52,522 bases of DNA from Bacillota bacterium (GTDB lineage Bacteria; Bacillota; Sulfobacillia; RBS10-35; JAJYVN01), in NCBI GenBank assembly GCA_021791815.1, contig JAJYVV010000002.1:1-52522 (forward strand), read 5' to 3'. Positions 44,961 through 52,522 of this stretch are shown here, in pieces. The translations under genes and the position numbers were made by a program. Positions within the stretch are counted from its first letter, which is position 1. Each line of letters opens with the position of its first letter. Below the pieces are notes generated by a model. That model saw only the letters and a list, made by a program, of their open reading frames with translations, was not told the origin of the DNA and did no database searches.

Positions 44961-45366
44961 AGGCCGCTCGGGGCAGTCGAGCGGCGCGAGGACGGGAAGC
45001 AGTAGGGCCCAACGGGGCCTCAGCGAGCCGGCGGGGGCGCATGGGCGGCGAGGGCCGCCCGCGTCCATGGTGCGAGCCGGCGACCCCGCGGTCCGAACTC
45101 CTCCCTGAGCTGGCGCGGCGAGGAGCCGCGCCCGGTCGGACGGCCCCGAGGCCCGCGGCGGCGGGGCGGTTCCCCGCAGAGCCTGCGAAGTCCGGATGGA
45201 CCGTCCCGGGGCCGTTATACCCCCCGCTGCGCGTTCCAGTGCGCAGTGGTCGAGGCCGTCTCCCGCGAGGCGAGACGGCGATCCAGGGTGGTACCGCGGT
45301 GGGAGGAGACCACCGCCCCTGCGCCGGGCGTTCGGCGTCGGGGGGCGGGGGTCTTTTCTTTTTTCC
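44961..45366 (+). promoter_or_regulatory. T-box leader (tRNA-sensing riboswitch), probable Leu (CUC) specifier
   Basis: In order: GA/K-turn 'GCGAGGAC'; AGTA box (45001-45004); 'CAGCGAG'; distal 'GGTGCGAG' (45069-45076); specifier region 'GAA CTC C' (45095-45101) closed by GGGA/TCCC pairing; 'CTGAGC'; F-box 'GCCGTTA' (45211-45217); T-box 'AGGGTGGTACCGCGG' (45285-45299, with UGGU to pair the ACCA end); then the terminator. Confidence 0.85.
45308..45365 (+). terminator. Intrinsic terminator of the T-box leader
   Basis: GACCACCGCCCC (45308-45319) pairs with GGGGCGGGGGTC (45342-45353) with one mismatch. It is followed by TTTTCTTTTTTC. Its 5' arm overlaps the T-box antiterminator region. Confidence 0.8.
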
Positions 45367-45434
45367 TGCGCGCCCGCCACCGGCATCGCGGCCGCCGGGA
45401 CCCGGGCGGGACCGAGTCCGAAGGAGGGGCGGAG

Positions 45435-46004
45435 ATGCGGCACACGCTTGGCGTCTTGGTGGAGAACCACTTCGGGGTGTTGGCGCGGGTATCCGGCCTC
45501 TTCGGCCGCCGCGGCTTCAACATCGACAGCCTGGCGGTCGGTCCGACCGAGGACCCGAGCGTGTCCCGGATCACCATCCTGGTCGACGGCGACGGGCGGG
45601 TCTGCGACCAGTTGGTGCATCAGATGAACAAGCTGGTCGACGTCATCTCGGTGCGGGCGCTGCCGGCCGAGACGACGGTGAGTCGCGAGCTGGCGCTGAT
45701 CAAGGTGCGGGCCGATCACGGCAATCGCGCGCAGATCATGCAGATCGTCGACGTCTTCCGCGGCCAGGTCGTCGATGTGAGCAAGGACGCGCTCATGGTG
45801 GAGATCACGGGGGACGAGGCCAAGGTGGGCGCCCTGCTCGACGTCCTGGGCGACTATGGCGTGCTCGAGGTGGCCCGCACCGGCACCGTCGCGTTGTCGC
45901 GCGGGGCGGCGGCCATGCGCGACGGGTCGGACGCGGCGGATGCCGAGGGCCCCCCGGCTGCGCCGGCGCAGGCGGAGCTCGCGGGCGGGGACCACTGGGC
46001 CTGA
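45435..46004 (+). CDS. ilvN: Acetolactate synthase small (regulatory) subunit
   Basis: ATG 45435 follows GAAGGAGGGG. '[46 protein letters not shown]' is the ACT domain. There is an Ala/Asp-rich C-terminal tail. Confidence 0.9.
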   Translation: MRHTLGVLVENHFGVLARVSGLFGRRGFNIDSLAVGPTEDPSVSRITILVDGDGRVCDQLVHQMNKLVDVISVRALPAETTVSRELALIKVRADHGNRAQIMQIVDVFRGQVVDVSKDALMVEITGDEAKVGALLDVLGDYGVLEVARTGTVALSRGAAAMRDGSDAADAEGPPAAPAQAELAGGDHWA

Positions 46005-46071
46005 TCCCGCGCCGGACCGGACGCCCGTTCCGGCGCGAGGGGAGACGCACGACGAAGGGGGTTCCGCCGAG

Positions 46072-47067
46072 TTGCCGCGCATCTACTACGACCAAGACGC
46101 GGACCTGGCCCGGCTCCAGGGCAAGACCATCGCCGTCCTGGGTTATGGCATCCAGGGCAGCGCGCAGGCGCGCAACCTCCGCGACTCCGGCCTCGCGGTC
46201 GTGGTGGGACTCCATGCAGGCGCCCGCCGGGCCGGGCAGGCGGCGGCCGACGGCTTCGAAGTGCTGCCCGTGGGCGAGGCCGTCGCGCGGGCCGGCTACG
46301 TGCAGGTGCTGCTCCCCGACGAGCGTCAGGGCGACGTCTACCACGCGGAGATCGGCCCCCGGCTGCGCGCGGGCCAGGTCCTGGCGTTCTCCCACGGCTT
46401 CGCGATCCACTTCCGGCAGATCGTGCCCCCGCCAGACGTCGACGTGCTCATGATCGCGCCGAAGGCGCCGGGGGCGACCGTCCGCGGCCTCTACGAGAAC
46501 GGCCAGGGCGTCCCGGCCCTCATCGCGGTGCACCAGGACGCCTCGGGCCACGCGCGCGACCTCGGACTCGCCTACGCCAAGGCCATCGGCTGCACGCGGG
46601 CCGGCGTGTTCGAGACGTCGTTCCAGGAGGAGACCGAGACCGACCTGTTCGGCGAGCAGAACGTCCTCTGCGGCGGCGTCGCCGACCTGATCAAGGCAGG
46701 GTTCGACACGCTGGTGGAGGCCGGCTACGCCCCCGAGATGGCGTACTTCGAATGCTGCCACGAGCTGAAGCTCATCGTGGACCTGATCTACGCCGGCGGC
46801 CTCGCCGGGATGTGGAACGGCGTCAGCAACACCGCCGAATTCGGCGGCCTGACGGTGGGCCCGCGCCTGATCGACGAGTCGGTGCGCGCGCGCATGAAGG
46901 AGAACCTGCGCCGCGTGCAGTCCGGAGAGTTCGCCCGCGAGTGGGTCCTGGAGAACAAGGCGAACTGGCCCGTGATGGGCGCCCTCCGGGCGCGCGAGCA
47001 CGCGCATCCGATCACGGAGGTGGGCGCGCGGCTGCGCGCGATGATGCCGTGGCTGGGCCGGCGGTAG
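46072..47067 (+). CDS. ilvC: Ketol-acid reductoisomerase (class I)
   Basis: TTG 46072 follows GAAGGGGG. '[23 protein letters not shown]', '[10 protein letters not shown]' and '[14 protein letters not shown]'. Confidence 0.95.
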   Translation: MPRIYYDQDADLARLQGKTIAVLGYGIQGSAQARNLRDSGLAVVVGLHAGARRAGQAAADGFEVLPVGEAVARAGYVQVLLPDERQGDVYHAEIGPRLRAGQVLAFSHGFAIHFRQIVPPPDVDVLMIAPKAPGATVRGLYENGQGVPALIAVHQDASGHARDLGLAYAKAIGCTRAGVFETSFQEETETDLFGEQNVLCGGVADLIKAGFDTLVEAGYAPEMAYFECCHELKLIVDLIYAGGLAGMWNGVSNTAEFGGLTVGPRLIDESVRARMKENLRRVQSGEFAREWVLENKANWPVMGALRAREHAHPITEVGARLRAMMPWLGRR

Positions 47068-47158
47068 GGGCCGGCCCGGGGCGCGGGGGCGGGTCGTCGG
47101 GGCGCGTGCGGGGGGCGGCGCCGCCCCGCAATTCCGGCGGAGGAGGGGAAGCGCGGAC

Positions 47159-48730
47159 ATGGCGGAGCCGAGGGTGCGCATCTTCGACACCACGCTGCGC
47201 GACGGCGAGCAGTCGCCCGGGGTGAGCCTGAACCTGGGCGAGAAACTGGAGATCGCGCGGCAGCTCCAGCGCCTGGGCGTCGACATCATCGAGGCCGGCT
47301 TCCCGATCGCCTCCGCGGGGGAGCGGGCCGCCGTCGCCGCGATCGCCGCCGAGGTGCGGGGACCGGTGATCTGCGGCCTGGCCCGGACGCGGCGCGGCGA
47401 CATCGACGCCGCGGTCGAGGCGCTGCGGGGCGCCGAGCGGCCGCGCGTCCACACCTTCACCAGCGGGAGCCGGGTGCATCTCGAGCACATGCTGCACCTC
47501 ACCGAGGAGGAGGCGCTCGCACAGGCCGTGGACGCCGTGCGCTACGCCCGCGGCTTCGTGGCGGACGTCGAGTTCTCGGCCCAGGACGTGGCGCGGGCGG
47601 ACCCCGACTTCCTGGTGCGCCTCTACGGCGCCGCGGTGGCCGCCGGCGCCACCACGGTCAACGTCCCCGACACCGTGGGCTACAGCATCCCGCGCGAGTT
47701 CGCCGAGATCGTGCGCTTCATCCGCACCGAGGTGGAGAAGGTCAACCCCGACGTGGTCGTGTCGGTGCACACGCACGACGACCTCGGGCTCGCCGTGGCG
47801 AACGCCCTCGCCGGGGTCGAGGCCGGGGCGCGTCAGGTGGAGTGCGCGGTGAACGGGATCGGCGAGCGCGCGGGCAACTGCTCGCTCGAGGAGGTGGCGA
47901 TGGCGCTCGTGACGCGCGCCGACCTCTACGGGCTGCGGATCGGCGTGCGCACCGCCGAGCTCTACCGCACGAGTCAACTGGTGAGCAAGCTCACGGGCAT
48001 GCCGGTCCAGCCCAACAAGGCGATCGTGGGGGCCAACGCCTTCGCCCACGAGGCCGGCATCCACCAGGACGGCGTGCTGAAGGAGCGGACCACCTACGAG
48101 ATCATCCAGCCCCGGGACGTCGGCGTCCCGGAGACGCGCCTCGTGCTGGGCAAGCACTCGGGCCGGCACGCGCTGCGCGAGCGCCTGGCCGCCCTCGGCT
48201 ACCAGCTGGGCGAGGCCGAGTTCCAGCGGGCCTTCGAGCGCTTCAAGGAATTGGCCGATCGCAAGCGCGGCATCGCCGACGCGGACCTCGCGGCCATCGT
48301 GCAGGCCGAGGCCGTCGCCACCGCTCCGGAGGTCTGCCGCCTCGACTACTTTCAGGTGACGTCCGGGAACACCACCGTGCCGACCGCGACGGTCCGCGTC
48401 ACGTGCGCCGGGGCCGAGCCGGCGCAGGAGAGCGCCGTGGGCGACGGGCCCGTGGACGCCGTGTATCGCGCGATGGACCGCGCCATCGGGCAGGAGTTCC
48501 GCCTGCTCGATTACGCCCTGCGCGCCGTCACGGGCGACAAGGACGCCCTCGGCGAGGTCACGGTGCGGCTCGCCGACCCGGACGGGCGCACCGCCACCGC
48601 CGTCGGGGCCAGCACCGACGTGATCGAGGCCTCCGCCCGTGCCTACCTCGCCGCGGTGAACAAGCTCCTCGGCATGCAGGCCGGCGGCCCCCGGGTCCCC
48701 GCCGCGGCGCTGCCGGAAGGGCGGGTATAG
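47159..48730 (+). CDS. leuA: 2-isopropylmalate synthase
   Basis: 'RIFDTTLRDGEQSPGVSL', 'HTHDDLGLAVANALAGVEAGA', 'NGIGERAGN' and the C-terminal LeuA dimer/regulatory domain. Confidence 0.95.
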   Translation: MAEPRVRIFDTTLRDGEQSPGVSLNLGEKLEIARQLQRLGVDIIEAGFPIASAGERAAVAAIAAEVRGPVICGLARTRRGDIDAAVEALRGAERPRVHTFTSGSRVHLEHMLHLTEEEALAQAVDAVRYARGFVADVEFSAQDVARADPDFLVRLYGAAVAAGATTVNVPDTVGYSIPREFAEIVRFIRTEVEKVNPDVVVSVHTHDDLGLAVANALAGVEAGARQVECAVNGIGERAGNCSLEEVAMALVTRADLYGLRIGVRTAELYRTSQLVSKLTGMPVQPNKAIVGANAFAHEAGIHQDGVLKERTTYEIIQPRDVGVPETRLVLGKHSGRHALRERLAALGYQLGEAEFQRAFERFKELADRKRGIADADLAAIVQAEAVATAPEVCRLDYFQVTSGNTTVPTATVRVTCAGAEPAQESAVGDGPVDAVYRAMDRAIGQEFRLLDYALRAVTGDKDALGEVTVRLADPDGRTATAVGASTDVIEASARAYLAAVNKLLGMQAGGPRVPAAALPEGRV

Positions 48731-48751
48731 GGGGGCGGGCGGCCCCGGTCC

Positions 48752-49534
48752 TCACACGGGTGCGGGCTCGAACCGGGCCAGGGCGGCGATCGCGTCGGCC
48801 GCGGCGGCGGCGCAGGTGGCGAACATGCGCTGGCCCTGCTCGGCCGATGCGGCCGTCGGGTCCCCGAGGGTGCCGTCGGCGCTGAGCCGTTCCCAGGGGA
48901 GGCCCAGCGTCACCGGCCCGCCGTCCAACAGGTCGCGAACGAGCGCGGGCGGCAGCTCGGGCACGGTCCGCCGGGCCCGAGCGAGGCGGACCTCGCCGGG
49001 GGCGACGTGGAGCATCAGCGCCGTCTCGACTTCGCCCGCATGGGCCGCGCCCCCCGGGCCCGTGGTGCGCAGCGCGCGGAGCCCGCTTCGCGCCAGCGCC
49101 CAGTACTCCGCGCACGCCGCGATGGCGTCCGGGCAGCGCCGCCCGATCTCGGCGACCGCGGCCCGCAGCGGAGCCGCGTTGCCGCCGTGGCCGTTGAGGA
49201 AGAAGACGCGGCGGAATCCGGCGCCAGAGAGCGCGCACCCCACCTGGACCGCGATGTCCGCGTACAGCCGCTCGTCCACCGAGAGCGCGAAGAACGGGAG
49301 GTGGTGGTGCGAGGCGCCCAGCCAGAGGGTGGGCGCGAGCGCCGCACCCACGCCCGCCGGGAGGCACCCCAGGGCCGCCTCGGCGACCGCCCCGACCAGG
49401 GCCGTGTCGGTCCGGCACGGGAGGTGGGGCCCGTGCTGTTCCAGCGAGCCCGCCGGAACGACCGCCACGGCGCCCGCCGCCGCCGCGGCGCGCACCTCGG
49501 ACCACGTGGCCGAGGCCAGAGCCAGCACACTCAC
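48752..49534 (-). CDS. Creatininase-family amidohydrolase
   Basis: GTG 49534 overlaps the SDR stop (GTGA) and follows GAGGAGGG. 'VVPAGSLEQHGPHLPCRTD', 'FLNGHGGN' and 'HAGEVETA'. Confidence 0.85.
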   Translation of the reverse strand: MSVLALASATWSEVRAAAAAGAVAVVPAGSLEQHGPHLPCRTDTALVGAVAEAALGCLPAGVGAALAPTLWLGASHHHLPFFALSVDERLYADIAVQVGCALSGAGFRRVFFLNGHGGNAAPLRAAVAEIGRRCPDAIAACAEYWALARSGLRALRTTGPGGAAHAGEVETALMLHVAPGEVRLARARRTVPELPPALVRDLLDGGPVTLGLPWERLSADGTLGDPTAASAEQGQRMFATCAAAAADAIAALARFEPAPV

Positions 49535-50325
49535 GGCGCCGCCCTCCTCGAGCGCTCGACCGGCACGCTGTACCAGGGGATGCTCATCCCGCCGTCCACC
49601 AACAGGTCGGCTCCGGTGATGAACCGGGCGAAGTCGGAGACGAGGAAGCAGATCGCGCAGGCGATGTCGTCGGGGATGCCCGTCCGACCGAGCGGGTGCA
49701 GTCGCGCCGCTTCGGATTCGTGGTCGGGCGCCGCCTCGCGGCGGGGGTCCGTGTCGATCATCCCCGGGGTGATGGTATTGACGCGGATGCCGTCCCGGCC
49801 GTAGTCGAGCGCCATCTGCCGCGTGAGCTGCGGGATGGCCGCCTTCGCGCTGGTATATGTGGCGTAGCGCTCCGTGGCATGGCGGCCCAGGACCGACGCG
49901 ATGTGGACGATGCTGCCGCCGCCGGCCGCGCGCAGGTGCGGGATCGCGTATTTCGCCCCGAGGAAGGCGGCCCGGACCAGGACCGCGTACGAGCGGTCCC
50001 AATCGTCGGCGCTCAGCTCCTCCACGGAGCCGCGGACCTCCCAGTGCGCGTTGCTGACCAGGATGTCGAGCCGGCCCCAGCGGCCCGCCGCCTCGGCGAT
50101 CATCCCGCGGATGTCGCCCTCCCGCTCCACGTCCGCGCGGCAGAAGGCCGCATCCCCGGCCCCCTCGGCCCGGATGCGGGCGGCCGTGGCCTCCCCGCCG
50201 GCGGCGTCGACGTCGGCGACCAGCACCGCCGCGCCCGAGCCGGCCAGACGCCGCGCGGTGGCCGCCCCGATGCCGCGCGCCGCCCCGGTGACGACGGCCA
50301 CGCGTCCCCGCAGGTCAATCTGCAC
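49531..50325 (-). CDS. SDR family oxidoreductase
   Basis: 'VAVVTGAARGIGAA', 'NAHW', 'YTSAKAA' (YxxxK) and 'PGMIDT'. Confidence 0.9.
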   Translation of the reverse strand: MQIDLRGRVAVVTGAARGIGAATARRLAGSGAAVLVADVDAAGGEATAARIRAEGAGDAAFCRADVEREGDIRGMIAEAAGRWGRLDILVSNAHWEVRGSVEELSADDWDRSYAVLVRAAFLGAKYAIPHLRAAGGGSIVHIASVLGRHATERYATYTSAKAAIPQLTRQMALDYGRDGIRVNTITPGMIDTDPRREAAPDHESEAARLHPLGRTGIPDDIACAICFLVSDFARFITGADLLVDGGMSIPWYSVPVERSRRAAP

Positions 50326-50367
50326 GCGGCACCTCCCAGCCCCGTCGGGCCCGGGCAGGCCCGTACC

Positions 50368-51645
50368 CTAGCGGGCGCCCTCGTGCACGGCGCCCGCTAG
50401 GGCCCGCTCCTGCAGGCGCCGCCATTCCTCGCTGCCGTCGTCCGGGATGTGCTCGAGGCGGACGCCGCGGGGAAAGAGGGGGAGCCGTCCGGCCAGGAAG
50501 TCGTCCCAATACTGAGCCGCGTGCGCGTAGTAGGTGGTCGCGCCCGACGGCCAGCGGATGGCGAGCAGCAGCCCGGGCGCGGGGTACGGCCGCTCCCGCG
50601 GGGCCGTCCGGTAGCGGGCGACCGCCTCCATGTCGAGCTCGACGCCGAGGCCCGGGGCGTCCGGGACCGGGGTGCTGCCGTTCTCCACGCGCATCGCCGG
50701 GCGCACCAGCCCGTCCTCGAACAGCTGGTGGCAGTTGACGGCCGGCCAGCGGGCGTGCGACAGGACCGCCGCGAGCTGGACGGCCCACGCCGCGGTCACC
50801 CCGGTCCCCACCAGCTGCAGCCAGAAGACCTTGTCCGCCGCGGCCGCGACGGCGGCGTGGCGCAGGACCGCGGACGCCCCGCCCCCGATGACGAACCCGT
50901 CGCAGACGTCCTCCCGCAGCGCCGTCATGATCGGCGGGGTGCCGTAGTGCATGGCGATGGGCACCCGGCTCTGGCTCCGCAGAAAGCGGTTGCCCGCGAC
51001 GTCCTCCTGGGGGATGGGCGTCTCGAAGATGGCGACGTGCCGGAAGCGCTCCAGCGCCGCGAGCACGCGCGTCGCGTGCGCCGTGTTGACGAGCATCGCG
51101 TTGAAGTCCAGGTCGACCTGGAAATGGGGGGGCAGATTCCGCTCGAGCAGCGCGCACTGCTCCTCGGGGCAAAACCACGGCCTCGCCTTGGTCTTGAAGC
51201 TGGTGTAGCCGGCGGCGCCGGCGAGGCGGCACTCGGAGACCCAGTCCTCGCCCGGCATGTCGATGGCCCACCAGGAGACCAGGGCCCTGTCCCTGTGCTG
51301 GGCGCCGAAGAGCCGGTGGCACGGCACGTCCAGCGCCCGGCCCACGGCGTCGAAGAGCGCCATCTGCAGGCCGGCGCCGAGGCCGTCGTCCCACATCCGC
51401 TCGGCCGCGCCGTGTCGCACGACCCGTGCCACGGCCGCGTCGGTGACCGTGCGGTGGGTGTAGTAGCACATGGTCTCCCCGAACCCGGTCACGCCGCAGG
51501 CCAGGCGCACCAGGCAAACCTCGAACAGCGTCCAGTGGGGGATCTCCCGGACCATGTGCTCCGCCGGGACGGGCCGGAGGGGCACATCCAGCCAGATGCG
51601 CTCCACGCCGACGACGGTCAGGTCGAGCGAGGTGGACAGGGGCAC
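50368..51645 (-). CDS. Enolase-superfamily protein (MR/MLE-like, divergent active-site set)
   Basis: GTG 51645 lies 6 nt after GGAGG. 'SFKTKARP' (KxK), 'VDLDFNAM' (D) and 'IFETPIP' (E) are present. 'PIAMHYG' sits where the family normally has D/E. Confidence 0.7.
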   Translation of the reverse strand: MPLSTSLDLTVVGVERIWLDVPLRPVPAEHMVREIPHWTLFEVCLVRLACGVTGFGETMCYYTHRTVTDAAVARVVRHGAAERMWDDGLGAGLQMALFDAVGRALDVPCHRLFGAQHRDRALVSWWAIDMPGEDWVSECRLAGAAGYTSFKTKARPWFCPEEQCALLERNLPPHFQVDLDFNAMLVNTAHATRVLAALERFRHVAIFETPIPQEDVAGNRFLRSQSRVPIAMHYGTPPIMTALREDVCDGFVIGGGASAVLRHAAVAAAADKVFWLQLVGTGVTAAWAVQLAAVLSHARWPAVNCHQLFEDGLVRPAMRVENGSTPVPDAPGLGVELDMEAVARYRTAPRERPYPAPGLLLAIRWPSGATTYYAHAAQYWDDFLAGRLPLFPRGVRLEHIPDDGSEEWRRLQERALAGAVHEGAR

Positions 51646-51889
51646 GCACCCCCTCCGGCCGGAAGGCGAACCTCCGGCCGTCCGCGCGCGGCACTTCGGG
51701 TGCGGGGCCCGTGTTCCTACCTCCGGAGGCGAGAGGGCGCCCGCCCGCGGGATGGAGCCCTCTCCGCCAGGACGAGGCCGCGCCGCCGCCTGCCGCAGCG
51801 CCCGGATACTCCTTCCGGCCGCACCCGCACCGCGCGGCTTCGACCCGTCGTCCGTGTTCCGGGCGGGAGCTGCCTTTAGGGCTTGATAT

Positions 51890-52393
51890 CCCTTGCCATG
51901 GGTAGGATACGGGGAACGCGGACACCAAACAGGCGCTCTCGACTGGTCGCTCCTCAAACAGGAACCGGTCGCGATGGAGCAAGCCGCCGTGGGCGCGGCC
52001 GTAGTCCCTGCGGTCCACGACCAACGCCTCATCCAGCCACACCGCCAGACCGTCGTCTAGGCCGAGACAGAGCTGGGCCGATACGTCCCGCTCGGATTCC
52101 AACGTACAGATCAGTTGCGCTGCGGCGTGGTCGGTGTGGCGCCAGTCAAACACGCGGCGCAGGATCAACTGCCCGGTCGGCTCGCGGTTCGGGTAGGGAA
52201 ACCAGCGGATGCTGCCCCCTGGGCCGTGCATCACGGCGCCGGTGGACGGGACTTGCGGCATGCCGGCTGGAACCGGAAACGCGGGTGCCGTGCGGGGATT
52301 GCCAAAGGGGCCGAGCACCCACCAGTCGCTGGGGGTCGCGAATCGATCGCACAGTCCTGCGCCGTCGATCCGGCCGTCGTCGAAGTCCGCCAC
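51890..52393 (-). pseudogene. Fragment of a beta-sandwich (galactose-binding-like) glycan-enzyme domain, no proper stop
   Basis: 'DWWVLGPFGNP..GSIRWFPYPNREPTGQLILRRVFDW..AQLICTLESERDVSAQLCLGLDDGLAVWLDEALVVDRRDYG' looks protein-like. After about 170 aa the frame degenerates into Arg/Gly/Pro text and reads out of frame through the next gene to 50315. Confidence 0.35.
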
Positions 52394-52395
52394 CC

Positions 52396-52522
52396 GCGTA
52401 GAGCCGCGCGTGGCTGGCCACCCGCTGGCCGCGGTGCAGGATCTCGACGCAGGTGGGGCTCAGGCGCGCCTCGACCCGCTCGCCGATCAGGCGGAACGGA
52501 ACCGAGTAGTATCTCTGGTCCA
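52396..52522 (-). pseudogene. istA: IS21-family IstA transposase internal fragment (runs off window end)
   Basis: The reverse strand reads 'DQRYYSVPFRLIGERVEARLSPTCVEILHRGQRVASHARLYAGG', which matches the conserved '..YYSVPY.L.G..VEVR.T...VEI.H.G.RVA.H.R' block of IstA. Homology stops at about 52396. Confidence 0.6.

Noticed and set aside
44730-45434. Possible ilvB or small ORFs between the oxidoreductase gene and ilvN (e.g. the 143-aa and 252-aa track ORFs)
   Set aside because: The region is fully explained by a promoter plus T-box leader and terminator. No ThDP-enzyme motifs are present, and 700 nt is far too short for ilvB.
50315-52393. 692-aa minus-strand ORF
   Set aside because: Only the first ~170 aa are protein-like (reported as a fragment). 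The rest overlaps the enolase-superfamily gene out of frame with Arg/Gly/Pro-rich text.
1-52522. CRISPR arrays, tRNA (including tRNA-Sec near selB) and rRNA genes
   Set aside because: Reading the intergenic regions showed no regularly spaced direct repeats and no cloverleaf-like or rRNA-like segment. This was a by-eye search only. tRNAscan-SE, Infernal and a CRISPR finder should confirm it.

Overview
Very GC-rich bacterial chromosomal segment (by eye over 70% G+C). Stop codons are rare, so every region shows long spurious ORFs in several frames. I accepted a gene only when it had recognisable family motifs, a composition not dominated by Arg/Pro/Gly/Ala, and usually a GGAGG-type Shine-Dalgarno 5-10 nt upstream of an ATG/GTG/TTG start. 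Candidate starts were checked for frame against the ORF track. Strong SD use, many GTG/TTG starts and a T-box leader suggest a high-GC Bacillota-like organism (inference). Content: (i) 1-16.6 kb looks accessory and is bounded and interrupted by insertion-sequence debris: a decayed DDE-transposase remnant, a frameshifted TnpB 3' fragment, a 5'-truncated ISAs1 transposase ending at a perfect 47-nt palindrome, and a disrupted Rpn/PD-(D/E)XK-like ORF. It carries an orphan histidine kinase, an orphan beta-class DNA methyltransferase, an L-fucose-isomerase-family gene, a TetR/ABC-2 exporter operon and a solitary selB. (ii) 16.6-44.7 kb is a dense carbohydrate-utilisation region. It holds a GH84 lipoprotein, a solute-binding protein fused to a ConA-like domain, an Eis-like GNAT, and a PFK-family kinase / class II aldolase / 2-hydroxyacid dehydrogenase / ThrC-fold operon. 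It also holds three xylose-isomerase-like TIM-barrel genes, two Gfo/Idh/MocA oxidoreductases, a non-canonical sulfatase-family protein, an FAD oxidoreductase, gnd, an enolase-superfamily enzyme, a GH29 fucosidase and a CBM-like lipoprotein, plus a stand-alone murE-type ligase and a decayed mgsA. (iii) 44.9-48.7 kb is a Leu-type T-box-controlled ilvN-ilvC-leuA operon without ilvB. (iv) 48.7-51.6 kb is an enolase-superfamily/SDR/creatininase-family operon. (v) The 3' end is a patch of fused gene fragments including an IS21 IstA piece. I recognised no rRNA, tRNA or CRISPR array by eye. Nothing matches a known defence or secretion system. The most unusual candidates are the four-gene kinase/aldolase/dehydrogenase/ThrC-fold operon, the repeated oxidoreductase/TIM-barrel modules with a Thr-type sulfatase-fold protein, the orphan selB locus, and the palindrome-terminated IS remnant.
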